From NCBI GenBank assembly GCA_043228905.1, contig JBHGNT010000008.1, positions 19,406,001-19,470,000 on the forward strand: a DNA stretch of 64,000 nucleotides. Reading direction: 5' to 3'. Position numbers and translations under genes: made by a program. The DNA is from Azolla caroliniana (taxonomy: Eukaryota; Plantae; Polypodiophyta). Every line of letters begins with the position of its first letter. Position 1 is the first letter of the stretch. The notes beneath the pieces were generated by a model. The model did no database searches, was not told the origin of the DNA, and was given only the letters and a program-made list of their open reading frames with translations. Shown one piece after another: positions 13,301-26,764 of this stretch.

Positions 13301-16300
13301 TTGAGCATGTCAAAATTCTACCATAGAGAGAACCTCACCATAAATATTATGCTTTTATGTTATAATGGATTAGTTGTAAAGTATGTAGTGGACCCATTGA
13401 AAGTTTTAATATGACCTCTTATAGAAAAGAGTTATGCTTGCCATGGCTACACACAACACATTTGCTTGGACATATTAGTCAATGTTGGTAAATTATTCAT
13501 CTAGATGTTGGCAAATTATTCACCTAGATGCTCCACATAAATTTGGCTTAATCATGCTAAAAGTTCTAGTGATTGAATAATTGATGCTCACATCTCAATA
13601 TACAAATGGTGCAATGCCATTCTTGCACTTGCTTGATCAAATTCCTTCCTACCCAAATAACTTTGAGAGTAAATCTGGTTGTGTCCAAAGATCCAAACCA
13701 CAACAAATTGTTATGACCCACAATTGGGTCTACTTTGATTACAACACATACAGAAGTGGCACATCTATTGTTTTGATGGCCTTGGGAAGCTTTTTGACAG
13801 CATCCATAATTCTTGCCTTGACTATGCCATATGAGCCAATTCTCACATGGAAGAATTAACAGATTGAACCTTTCAACAAATAATAAGCTAATCTAAAAGT
13901 GAAGATTACAATACCTCCACCATATTCAAAACAATAGTCTTAAAATTTCGGCACAATAACTTGAGTCCAAATCAAATAACATTATTTTTATGTGCTTGTT
14001 GGCCTACACAATGTGCTTGTGAGAGGGAGGGTTGCAAGGAAAACATGTTATTACCACAAACAAGCATGATTTTGTCAATTTTAAATTACATCACCAAGTC
14101 CATTGATAAAAATAAACATGGTGGTTGTGGGTGTGAAGGATACTAAATAAAACTTGATGATTTATATGGTAAACTGGGCGTGAAGGATGTTATACATGTA
14201 AGTTCGAAAGTATTGCCCCCAAATTTTAATGCGCTTATAAACGTCTACTCTATGGTAGGAATTCCTATATTGGATGAATGTGTGCCTAAGTTGATTCATG
14301 AAAAGCATTAATTCATAAACCACGTTATTGGACTGAAGGTAAACTACTTTATGTGGATAGAGGGGGAAACAATGAGTTAGAGGTGGCAAATGGCAAATGG
14401 TTAAACTAAGAGAAGGTAAAGCCAAAATAACAAGCGGGAAGAGGAGAACATACTATGGAAACTTGCAACTTAGTGTAGCTCAAATAATTGTTACTGTATG
14501 TTTTATGTGATTGTTGGACAAAATATCATATTAAGAATGTAATTTGTAGACATTATTCATATTATGTAAAAGTATGATCATGCTAGGAGTTATGCACCTT
14601 CTAATAAAAAAGAGGATTCTCGTCAAAATGTATGTGCTATTATTTCCAAATCAAAGTATGTTAGTGATACAAAATTTGAATATTCAAGTCAAATGGTTTG
14701 GAAAATGACAACAAAAGGATTGCTAAATGGAAAAGAAATTTGCATGGGTGAATTGTGTTGCGAGAACTCGTGATCAATATATAACTATATATTCAACTAA
14801 CAACGTTATTAAGAAATTTACAAATGCTTGGTAGGCACCTAATGTACCAAAACACTTAATGTATATTGTACATTGGTGAACTAGTCAAAATAATTTGAAT
14901 GTACTATGTAGTTCTTAGTAATTTTAAAGGTGAGTTTGAAGAACCTTATTGCCACAAGTAAAATGATAAGCGCTTGTTCTGAATGATGTGAAATAGGTAT
15001 TTAACAATTTATGAAAGAAATGAGTTTGAAATCTAACATCAAAGGTTTTGTCATGTGAGTGGGAAGACACTGCTCAACACGAGTGTTGGTTGCACATGTT
15101 TGGTGATATAGTGACCCCATTTAGGGCTCATGAAAGCAGACTTTATAGTGCAATTTCACCAGCTACCTGAAACATGAAAACTGGTTGTCAAGAATATGTG
15201 CACCTAAACTATATGTAAAACTAGATTTCAGTGAAATACATAAAAACTAATTCATGTACTAAAGTATTGCAAAGGTCTAGATAAGAAGGTATTTTGATTT
15301 GTTAACGATGGTTTATTCAATAGTCCCAAGATTCCCATTTGAGTTATCTTTCCAACACCCCTTGGCTTATTTGATCGGTGATTGAAAATTTTCATGAAAA
15401 AAGCTTCATGACAACAATGTACGAACATCTGTAATTGCTTGGACAAGCTAGCACAATATATTTATGGTAATATGAATATTTAATGAATAGGTTTAAACAT
15501 CATAGCTTTTGCCATTATAACTCATTGTCAATCACAATAACATTATAATTTATAGCTAATATGTGTGTGTGTGTGTGTGTGTGTGTGTACATACGTATAT
15601 GTATAACCATGTAATATAGGTTTGGAGGGCGAGAAAGGGAGGTAAATCATTCCGAATATATTGATCGTAATCATATTCTTATTGATCAGAAATGTGCCCC
15701 TCATACATACACACACATACACAAATGTAACGAAATCTAGCCTTCAGGCAAAAGAACAAGCAATCATGACAAAATGGAGGGATGTCCTTATTAAGAAGCA
15801 TGCACATGACCGAATTTTGTAATATATCATATAACATGTGGTGAACATCTAGATGAGGAGAAAACCCATCATGATGGATACAAAATATCTAGAAGTCTCC
15901 CATACTAAATAAAAAACATTCAATGAAAAGAGCATATGTATCACTGGGAATATAATCATGAGAAATATAGAAAGCATGCAAATATCAATGCATTGATCAC
16001 AAGAGGGTAGTATATGGATCAATGGTTGGTTGGTTGTAATGGAGTTGGTTATGGAATAACCAATGTGTCCGTAGAGCCCAAAATTATTACCTTCACCAGG
16101 TGGGTTGTAGAGTTTGCATGCACTCTATCTAAATATTCAAAAGAGATGGAAACTTCAGTCATGACTCATGAGTCAATTTGTAAGCTTATTAAATAGAACG
16201 ATTGTGGATCCTAAAGTCGTATCGTCTTCCCGACTTTCAAAACATTCAAAACATTTCCATCAAAGTTGGTGACATATTGAATGGTGTGTATACCCTTTCA

Positions 16301-16674
16301 TGATAGGAAGGACGCTTTTGTGGATTAAACATCATTAATTATTTTGGCTCAAGATGGCACCCTAATGTATGGTTCAACTCGACCATTCTAGCCTTTTTGT
16401 TTGAGCTCTTTGATCACTTTCTTCCAACTAAATCTTAAATTAGTATCCTAGAGGCAATCATGATGAAGGTTCTTTCAAAATGATGAAAGTTAGTTTCCTA
16501 ATATGCAATAGTACAATGACCAAAACAATTGCTTATAGGTTTTTATAAGGTTTCAAGCATGACTGCCACGTACACTTATTGTGCAAGCATGAGTACATGT
16601 AACTTCAAAATATTCAAGATCCTTTACATTCTTGGGGAGCATAAACATTGCAAATGATATAAACAAAGTCCTTT

Positions 16675-19600
16675 TGCTAGCCGGTCGGCTACCCGGAGTT
16701 GGAGTCAAAGTTGAAAAGTATGAACAGTAGTTGGAATATGAAAGTACAGAATTCAAATATAATGTAATTTTGCCAAGTATAAAAATTAGAGTAATAATAG
16801 GAAATAGAACGGTTTTGGTATAACTGTAGGTGCTTCCCGAACAAGGCAAGGGTAAATCTTGGAGAGAGTCTCTCGGGTCACCTATAAAAAGGAACCGAGA
16901 GCATTGTATTTGTATTGGTCTATTTTGATTAATATAAGTTTGTTAGTTAGAGTATCTACTGTGTTGACTGCTATGTGTATTCTATCTGTTCGAATCTAGA
17001 TAGTTGTGTCGTATGTTCGAATCCAGTCTCTAATACACAGTTTATATTATATCTAATAGTCGACTAGGAGCGTATGTTTAATCGTAATAATTAATCTCTG
17101 TCCACCTATTTTCTGAGTGTAGAACTATTGTCGACCAACCCAACTCTCCACCACAATCTTGTTGACCGAACGTTTGATACATTGTGTATGTCGACTATCG
17201 GCAGATCAACACAATATTTTGGCACGCCCTGTTACATTTTCTACGAGCAGAGAACAAGGAGAATGGATGTCATCTAGTCGACTCAGCATAGACTAGCATG
17301 TAGAAAGCAGAAGATCTTGCACGAGATCAAAGAGCCGACGTGTAGAGGAAGGTAATTCCAACATTTCGGAGTTTGCTGAAGAAATCCAGCAAGAAGCTGA
17401 AGGGGAATTGAGAGCACTTCCTGATTTAACTATTGACAGTACTTCAGATGAGGAACAGTCCGATGAGGAAAACTTAGTCGAACATTGTGAGGAGGATACA
17501 ATGTCGTATCCCTATCCCAACTATAATGATGAAGTCGACACAGATGCACATGTGCATGTGTTCCTTATGACATGGCAGGCTAACCATGTGTCACAAAGAT
17601 TGTCGGAAGCAAGTGCCGACAAATCTAAGATTTTAGAATTCGGATTATTGCTCGACGGGCAGTCGACGAATTGGTACTCCTAGAATGCGGCGGGTGAGTT
17701 CGAATCTTTTAAACAACTAACCACAAAGTTTATCAGATTATTCCATTGACAAGTTCCAAAAAGGGAACTAATGAGCCAGTTCTATGGGCTTACCAAGAAG
17801 CCCATGAAATTGTGTCACAGTTCATTATTCGGTTTGAAAATCTTCGGAGACAGTTAACAAGACCTCTTCTGAAAGAGGAGGTGAAAGAAACTTTCTTGTC
17901 GGCACTACGGGAGCTGCATCGAACGATGCTCGCCATGTTTGACTTTAAGGATCAATCACTGGAGTAGGTGATCGACAAAGCACTTGTCATGGACAAGACA
18001 CAAACCAGTAATAGTATGTCCATGGCATCATTACAACGGTCTTTACCGATGTCGGAAGAATTGAAATTTCGACAAGAAATCCAATGCACCACATGTCTGA
18101 ATCCAAGACATTCGACAATTGAATGCACATTGCACACACATTGTCCTATTTGTCATTAAATAGCACATACAATCAACCAGCGCGACTATAATCTGCTCAA
18201 TAAAGTTGTGGCACCAGTCAGACAGATACAATCTCAGGATGACCGCCAGAAGGATCGAAATTGGTCGGTACACCCGTTTCGGGAAGAAGATCGGCCAAGG
18301 TATGATGTTCGCTACCGATCGGATCACAATCAATGAGACGATTGATACAATGAGTATCGAAGAGAGGAGGATCGCCAAGATGAGTATAGGAGAGATAATT
18401 AGAATAGTTACGACCAGGACTATTCACCTTGGCAAGATAGAGATGATCGAAGACCTACAGAGGTAATAGGTATCATGATGATAGGACCTATGACCACCGG
18501 AGACATGAAGACAATCGACCACATAATTATCACTTTCAGAACAACAGAGGAGATGATAACAGATTCCCCAAGGGATCCCAACAGTTTCAGTATAATTCCA
18601 AAGGTCTAGATGAGCCGACACCGCAAGATGTCTGGTAAGAAAATTATGAGAACGACGAATCTAGTGGGCTGATGGTGCCGAATTGCTATATTTGCAAAAA
18701 GGATGGTCATTATGCAAATCAATGCTTGACAAAAGACAAAGGAAAGGCACCAACAGTAAACATGGTCACTGTTGAGGTTAAGCAAGTCACCACTCGGAGT
18801 AAAGCTAAACTATCAGAGTACAGGAAACAGTTTGGAAAGTAGCAAAGGAATGGGTCGGGGAAGCCAACAACAACAATGTTGCCAGAATGTTGCAGGAGAG
18901 TAATGCCTCGAATGTCATATCTGACAAGTCAGGAAGTCGACATGAGGAAGTACCGAGGATACACCTGACGAGGATGAAACATGGAAAGTCTTGGCCGACT
19001 ACCAGATATCATTACCATTGATCGACTTATTGAAATTAGTTCCTCGATTCACAAAAAAGGTGGCAACCATTATCGCAAGAAAACTGTCGGAAAATGTGTT
19101 AGTGAATTTTACGAATCCAACAAAAGGACCGGCAATTATGGACGAACAAAACCCTATGATCAAGGTAATCATTTAGGGTCAAGAAGTATCGGGCAGCATA
19201 GGCGATGGAGGATCAGGAGTGAATGTCATTAACAAGACTACTTGTGATCGTCTAGGCATAGCCACATGGGAAGCATATCCATTCTGGCTACAAATGGCAG
19301 ATACCAGTATGGTCCGACCAATAGGGCTGATCCGACAACTCAATATTGTCATTGGCAGCCATATATTTCAGATATCGACGACCATACTCCATTTGGATAC
19401 ACAAGGATCTTACCCTCTATTATTGGGTAGACCATGGCTTCGAACTGCCAATATTAAATAGAATTGGTAGAAGAATATTCTAACATTATGGATGGGCAAA
19501 GCAAAGATTTGAGTTTCGACTCAGGAAACGGTCGCCACAACACGACAATGTGCGCTGGTGTATATTGAAGCTGTGAATATGATGGTGGGATTAGATCATG

Positions 19601-20680
19601 AGGAAGATAATCAATATTTTGAGGACAATCCAAAAATTATTCCCTTATTTGAAATCGACGTCGTTGAAGTACTCACGCCATATCTCGGTGATGATGACAA
19701 GGAGGCTGATGATCCGATCGATGATAAAACTATCATGGAGTCACGTCATTAGCATGAAGCAATGGAGAAAGAAATGCAAGTATCGCAACACGTACATACT
19801 TCTGTATTAGAACAATTAAATTTGGTTGACAATGATACAGAGCCGAAAACAATGCTAATAGCAAAGGAGATGCAGTCGACCGACAAGACAAGGCTCACTG
19901 AAATACTACGACAATACAGAGATGTGTTTGCATGGTTGTTCAAAGATATGAAGGGAGTAGATCCATCCTTCTGTCAGCATCAGATTAATCTGCACAAAGA
20001 TGTGATGCCAGTGCAACAACGACGATATCACCTAAATCTGAATTATGCAGTAAAGGTAAAAGAGGAAATCAACAAATTGTTGCCAGTCGGCTTTATCCGA
20101 TCGGTCAAGAATGCTACTTGGCTGAGCCTGATAGTCTTGGTGCCCAAAAAGAATGGCAAGATTAGGGCATGTGTCGATTATCAAAAGCTAAATGTGGCAA
20201 AGGTGACAGATGCATTTCCATTACCTTTCATAGATGTAATTCTCGATGCAATGGATGGCCATGAAATATATAGTTTCCTCAATGGATTCAGCGGATATAA
20301 TTAGGTTCGGATGCATCCTAACGACAACAAAAAAACATCTTTTGTCATCGAATGGGGTGTATTTGTAGTAGTCGTCATGATGTTCCGCCTCAAAACGGCT
20401 CTGACAACATTTCAAAGAGTAATCATGGAAATATTTTCGGATTATATACTAGTATTTATGCAGGTATTCTTGGACGACTTTGCAGTATATAGGCGGAGAA
20501 TCGACCATTTCGAACACTTTCTACTTTGTTTGGAGAATTGTCGACAGGGAAGGTTAAGCTTAATCCAGCAAAATGCGCATTCGGAGTGTCGAGCAGAATG
20601 TTGTTGGGGCATATTGTTAGTTGGGACGGAATTGCCATAGAGCCTGACAAGGTGAAAGCAATAATCGAGGTACCGCCTCA
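16675..20680 (+). mobile_element. Decayed, 3'-truncated non-chromoviral Ty3/Gypsy LTR retrotransposon (Tat-like)
   Basis: TATA at ~16883, LTR end at ~17213 and PBS TGGCACGCCC at 17220. Gag (QFIIRFENLRRQL), CCHC knuckle CYICKKDGHYANQC at ~18685, protease (DGGSGVN...LLLGRPWL) and RT (VPKKNGKIRACVDY, DAFPLPFID, FLDD). Many stops and frameshifts. The LTR start is approximate. Confidence 0.85.
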
Positions 20681-20947
20681 TAAGAGACATCTAGTAGGCA
20701 ATGCGACTATGCACCTTTGCCAGAGTGGCAATGACAAGTCTACATGCAAGGATACTTGAGATGTGAGTGAAGAGCCACAACTACCACAACTAGGAGGAGC
20801 TTGAGAGAGGTCTATGTTGGCATAAAAGGCCGACTCCTTCCACTTTGTACTATTACTGTGAACACACCTTCCAGTTAGGGCTTGATACTTGAGATGCGAG
20901 CAGAGTGCCACCACTACCACAACTAGGAGGAGTTTGAGAGAGGTCTA

Positions 20948-21928
20948 TGTTGGCATAAAAGGCCAAATCCTTCCACTTTCTACCCTTAGTGTGAACACAC
21001 CTTCCAGTTAGGGCTTGAGTATATAAGCTCAACCCTAACATTGTAAGTATGAATCCTAAGTCTTGGAGAGAAAAGATGTGAAAAGATACATGCGTAGAAG
21101 CATGTGCGATAGACACCGAGTACACAGTCGATTATTCGGAACTCGACAGTTAGGTAAACATAGAGAATGGGTACACAGTGAAAGAGAGACAGAGAGAGCA
21201 GAAAACAAGTCTTCAATTTCACGTAATGAACACTATGTACATACATTGTGCTCAATGAGCATTTTTTATAAAAGCCTTGACAATTGGGCTCACACAAGTA
21301 CCATCAGTACTTGAATGCTCATAAATGAGCCTGACACTAATTCTGCCTATAATATTCCTATTTATTATAATAGGAATATAGGTCCATAACGGCCTATCAG
21401 ATTCCATCCAACTCGGCATTACCCGAATCAAACTCTATTCGATTTGGCTCTCGGCTTCTTTAGCCGATTCGGGCTTGTTCGATCGGTCTTCAACCGATCC
21501 GGCTCTTGGCTTGTTCAGCCGATTCAGCCCATGTTGAGCTTGTCTCTCAACAAAAGAGTTACAGAGCAAGAATAAGAAAGAACTTCCATTGATGTTGAAT
21601 CTGTGTGTCTATATTCTATTCCTCTTCTTCTGGTAGCATATTTGTGTTGTTTGCTATACACATCTTTTTGAAGGTCCTAATACACATTCTCCCTCATATC
21701 GTATCATACATATTCTAAAAGTGGTATCAGAGCAACCTTGTTGTCCAACGACAACGAACAACAGAAAAGACTGAGAAGAGAAGCTATTCGAATGAAAGAA
21801 AAGACCACGCCAACATCTACTTTCCAGAAAATGGCAACATAGTCCGCCACGAATGTGAAAATCCGGAAGTTCGATGGGAAAAACTTCGCCTATGGAAAGA
21901 GATGATGCACGATGCACTTATCATCCGG
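20948..21928 (+). mobile_element. 5' end of a Copia element (LTR family A): LTR, tRNA-iMet PBS and start of gag
   Basis: LTR starts TGTTGGCATAAAAGGCC, as at 56359 and 61956. PBS TGGTATCAGAGC at 21722. The gag start (KIRKFDGKNF..WKEMM) is homologous to the one at ~56750. Cut at 21929 by another insertion. Confidence 0.85.
21077..21552 (-). mobile_element. Copia solo LTR nested inside the family A LTR
   Basis: TG...CA termini with a 5-bp TSD AAAGA on both sides. The end atgttgagcttgtctctcaaca is shared with the LTR at 53710-54144. Confidence 0.85.
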
Positions 21929-23366
21929 TGTCGTGTGATTTTTTACACATGATAAGAAAAGTAATGAAATAATTATTTAGGTTAGCTTAAATGGCTTAGT
22001 ACGAAAGATGGACGTCTTCAAGAGCTTCATAACACATTTTACTACACATAAAATACAAGTATCAAGTTATGTGAGTGTGAAGTTTGAGAAGAAGAGGAAA
22101 ACAAAACTTTGAGATATCCCACATAGACAGGATGACATTAGGATCCCATAGTATATAAGCAGAGCCACAACACATTACTTCATATCTTTGTCTTTGGAGC
22201 ATTGAATGACCAAGGTGAGCACGGTTGAATTGTGTGGATGGTTTCCTCGCACTCAATTTTGGGTCGCGGCTTGATCGACTATGGTTCACGGCTCAATTGC
22301 AGCGCGCGCGCACACGGAGGCGTGCACGGCTCGGTTGGGACGTGTGCGCATACGGAAGTGTCCACCGCTCGGTTAGGGACACGCACGCACGGTTTGGTGG
22401 ACACATGCGCACATGCGTGTTTGGTCGCAATGCACGTATGGATTACGCACGGGCCGAACTTTATGGATGATTGATCATATGGCCGAATATAAAAATGGAA
22501 GCATGCAACTAAAAGTAGAGGCCATGCAACAAAAAATGAACGCATGGAACTAAAAGTGGGGGATGCAAAGGATCATCAAAGGAAGGATCAACAAAGAAAC
22601 TCATATATATTCCACTCTCTTCTTTTCTTTTCTTTTTTCCTTCTCGGCTCCCTTATCTTATCGAGGCCATAACACTCAAGAACCATAATTTTCTGATTTA
22701 AGGCATAAACCCTAATTTTCCTTACGGAAACTATATCTCAAAACCCCTAATTTTTCTTTTCCATTAATCTCAATAAACCTAAAACTTCTGAATCCCAATC
22801 TTGGGACATATTGTAATTTCTTTTCCTTTGCTAATGAAAAATTACTAAATTGGAGTAGGGAGCATTGGATGGCTTAAGAATTCCCATCATAACCGTTTCC
22901 TTTAGAAGCTCAATCAACTTCGGAATGTGAGCTCTTGGAACTGGTATCGGCTTGAGCCTCCAAGGTACATGAGGTACCGTAAATATCACCATCGGCTCTA
23001 TAATCTTTGGGTCGACACATCCGATCTCTTGTGGAGAGAAGGAGAAAGTTTTCCCATGTCTTTCAAGCATTTCGTGGAACATTCGCTCCTCTTCAAGTAG
23101 GAGGAAATCCTCCCTTCCAACTTGTAGCTTTCCTTTCGTCTCTTCGGTGAAGACATGACCTATTGCCTTTGTATCCCTAAAGCTTGGATCATTAGTAACT
23201 TCCTTCATCTTTTGCCAACTATCTTTCGGTAGCGGAACTGCAACTTGCTTGATCTTCCTATCCACCGTTTTATATTTTGTGTTGACATCATCTTCCTCCA
23301 TCAAGATGCTTCGATGATATTCATCAATGATAGTGTACATGTTGACGGAGTTAACCGAAATCACGT
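21929..23366 (-). mobile_element. TGTCGTG-type LTR end plus Gypsy pol fragment (pre-RT region)
   Basis: Begins TGTCGTG at 21929. Minus-strand ORF 22831-23385 encodes TKYKTVDRKIKQV...EIGCVDP...EPMVIFTVPHVPW.LKPIPVPRA...GILKPSNAPYSN, the N-terminal edge of a Gypsy RT. Confidence 0.7.
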
Positions 23367-25086
23367 TGTCGTGAAGATCCGTCACTACGTGCAGATCGTG
23401 AGGCGGAACCGCCGAGGTTTTGGACCGGAAGGATTCGAAGTTTGTAGTAGCTTTAGCGAGAAAGTATTTAAGATAGATTGAGAGAGATTGATATGACGAA
23501 AGAGAGATATTGAGATAAATATTGAACTTTTAACTTTTAGATTTAAGAGAGAAGATACATCAACAATAGGATTACAAGTTTCTTACTTTTCCCAAATTTT
23601 TCATTAGCCTCATTTCCTTGATTCCTCTAGTCTTTTATAGATGCCCCCATGCATATGGTGCATGTGAGGGCGCAAGACATGCACATAATGCATGAAATGC
23701 ATGCTTTCCATGTCATCATCTAAGCTCTTATGTATGAGAATTTACATGTAAAAGTATAATGATAAAAATATAGCTTCTAAGGAAATGACTTGACTCGTCG
23801 GCTCCGTCCGGTTGCGGTCCTACCAAAACCTTTACAAGTAGTTTAGGGGTCGCTGTCTCGCCAGATCCGGTTAGCCAAAACCTTTACAAGTAGTTAGGCC
23901 ACACCCATTCATTCGATTAGTTTAACTCAAGTCACCTTGAACATTCTATGATCCACTCACTCATACTCTGGGATCCTTATTTGTCCTGTCTATGTGAGAT
24001 ATCTTGTAGTTTTGTTTTTTTCTCTTCTTTTTCGCAAACTTCATGCCCACATAACTTGCCACTTAGTTATCTATTTCTTATGTGGTAAAGTGTATTTGAA
24101 AGATCTTGAAGACCTCCATCTTTTTGTACCAAGATATTAAACTAGTATAAAATAGTATCTTCACTATTATTGTTTTATGTTGTGTGTGAAGAACCACACT
24201 CGATTTTGTACATTCCTCGCAATTTTCACACCGTTGCCGAAAATCTTAACGATATCCACCCCCACCAAACCGCACGTCCTCCGGTACGTGCCAATAAGAG
24301 AGAGTGCGAGATTTCGGCTACAATGATTAGTACGATTCCTCCATTTTGAGCATGAACCATTGTTGCCACCCAATCCACCATATCATTCCCTCATTCTTTG
24401 CTTTACCATGACCAGTTGTCATGGCCCCTTGTTCTCCTTTCGAACATAACTCTTTAGGCTTTATGCATGTTCCACCTTTGTCTCGATCGTCTCCTTGCTC
24501 AATGCACTTTGACCCATCACACATTTTTTGTGTGTGTCTTTCTCCCCAAGCCTTTATCTGAATAATGACATTGACTACCCGATGTAGTACCTTCAAGTGC
24601 ATGCCTACTTTGAGATCCTTACGTGACCATGCTCTATATTTCTCACTTTGTCTAATTTCATGATACTGTGGTGTGCATGTGTTCCTTTGTGCCACCCTTT
24701 TAGCTCACCCTTTTTAGGATGTGTGTGCTCAAGTTGACCCACCCTTTTAGCACACCCTGTTTAGCCAAGCCAACCCAAATGGGTTCCGTTGTATCAACTA
24801 TAAATTGATTAAGAAGTAAGAAGCTAAGTAGACTGGTTTTGATCTCTTATGTGCATTTCACAATACAATCTCATATTAGAGTTGACAATCTTCACACTAG
24901 TATCTTTGCTAGATGTTTTGATCACATCCCGAGGGCTCGCTTGGCCATCATCATCCCTTGTCATACTTTTCTCAAACTCTTTGTTGTACGCATCAGCTTT
25001 TGTTTCTATGCTTTGCTTGACCTCTTCCTCCCACACATTAGCTTCAACCCTTGCTTCTTCATCATCATTGTCCTTCTCTTGGGTCT
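23367..25086. mobile_element. Further LTR-derived and degenerate retroelement sequence (boundaries uncertain)
   Basis: TGTCGTGAAGAT start at 23367, the same terminus as 37390 and 57024, interrupts the pol fragment. It is followed by LTR-like sequence and low-complexity minus-strand ORFs. Confidence 0.5.
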
Positions 25087-25365
25087 TGTCATGATATGGC
25101 AAGACTCGAACCCATGACCTTATGTTATAGGATTCGAGCTCTTGACCATTATACCATCTATTGTAATACGTAGGATATTATTTTCATTTAAGTTTTATTC
25201 TAGAAGCTTCAGGACTCCTCCTGAGAACACTATAAAAGGAGGCACAAGGCATTATGTTGAACCAAATTGGTTCAACACCAGTCTTAAGCCTCATAGCCAT
25301 TTTGTACTTACTCTTCATATAATATATCATCTATTATCATCATCTCTCTCTTTCTCTCGTCCTCA

Positions 25366-25409
<44 letters not shown>

Positions 25410-26764
25410 CTCTCTCCCTCTCTTGGGAGTCTTACGCAGTCTTGTCCTCTTAGTACTAATAGTACTTCACTTCTCCCATACTAATTCTCTCTTTGTTTTA
25501 GTACTATTCCTGACAGTTTGAACCAATTTTCCTCTAGTCTTGTTTTCGGTTTCCCTCATCCTCTTACCCCTTTTTTCCAATATTCTGGCTACTGTTAGCG
25601 CCCAAGAATATCAATCCGTTTTCTCCGAGTTACAGGGTCTAAAAGAAAAATTTGTTGCCTTGGAACAAAAAAACCAACGATTGTTAGGGGATCTTCAACA
25701 AATCGCTCTAGAAAAACAACAAATGCAGCAACAACATGGGGAGTTGCAACAACAACATGGGGAGTTAGCGTTACGTGTACAACAACTCGAAGCAACCATT
25801 GTAGCATTGCAACAACAAGGATCAAGTCCCTAAGGATTTCATAAAGAGCCCAAGATTGGACTTCCTGCGAAATTCGATGGAACGCGATTGCAATTCAGGG
25901 GATTTCTTAATCAGGTATGGTTAGTCATTCAAATGCATCCTTCTCGATACCTCACTAATGCATTTCGAATCGGCCTAATAGGCATGTTGCTTAGCGGCTC
26001 AACCTTGGCATGGTTCGCTCCGCTTCTAGAAAAAAAATCGCCCTTGCTTAATAACTTTGAAGACTTTATTAGCGAGTTTAATGCCTGCTTTGGAGATACC
26101 GACAACATCAGGATGGCGATCAACAAAATCCGACGATTGCGTCAAGGTGATCGTCCAGCCTCTGCCTACGCAGCGGATTTCCGTCTACTTGCCTCAGATA
26201 TCCCCTGGGATGATCAGGCACTAATGGAGCAGTTTCGCTACGGCCTATGAAACGATGTCAAAGATTTACTCTTAACCTTCCTCGAAGAACCAAAGTCTCT
26301 TACAGAGGCAATCAGTCGAGCGGTCTGATGAGGCAACCGCCTTTTCGAATGGTGTTCTGGACGTCAATTACAAATACAATGCCCTAGGGCGGAGCCCACA
26401 TACACCTCAGTCACGGCTAAACCGTTTGCACAAGACGTATCTCAAGCAAATACTCCGACACCGATGGAGATCGACACCATGCGTTGACGTGGCCCATTAT
26501 GGGAAGAAGAAAAGAAACGACGACGTGCAAATCAATTATGTTTTTATTGCGGTGGACCAGGGCATATCGCAATCAACTGTCCCCATATGCCAAGAAGACA
26601 GGTAAATCAAATCGTAGGTTGTACTAAACCCGAATCAATTCTTCCCTTAGGAGTGTCTGATAGTATTAATAGTACTAATAGCCCAAGTATCTCAAACAAA
26701 TTTGAAATCCTTAGTCAATTAGAAGAAGAGTTAAACGACTGAGTCCAGCCAAAATAGGAGCCGT

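Noticed and set aside
25540-25833. Stand-alone Gln-rich coiled-coil gene
   Set aside because: It continues in frame, past a premature TAA, into GFHKEPKIGLP; it is the Gag N-terminus.
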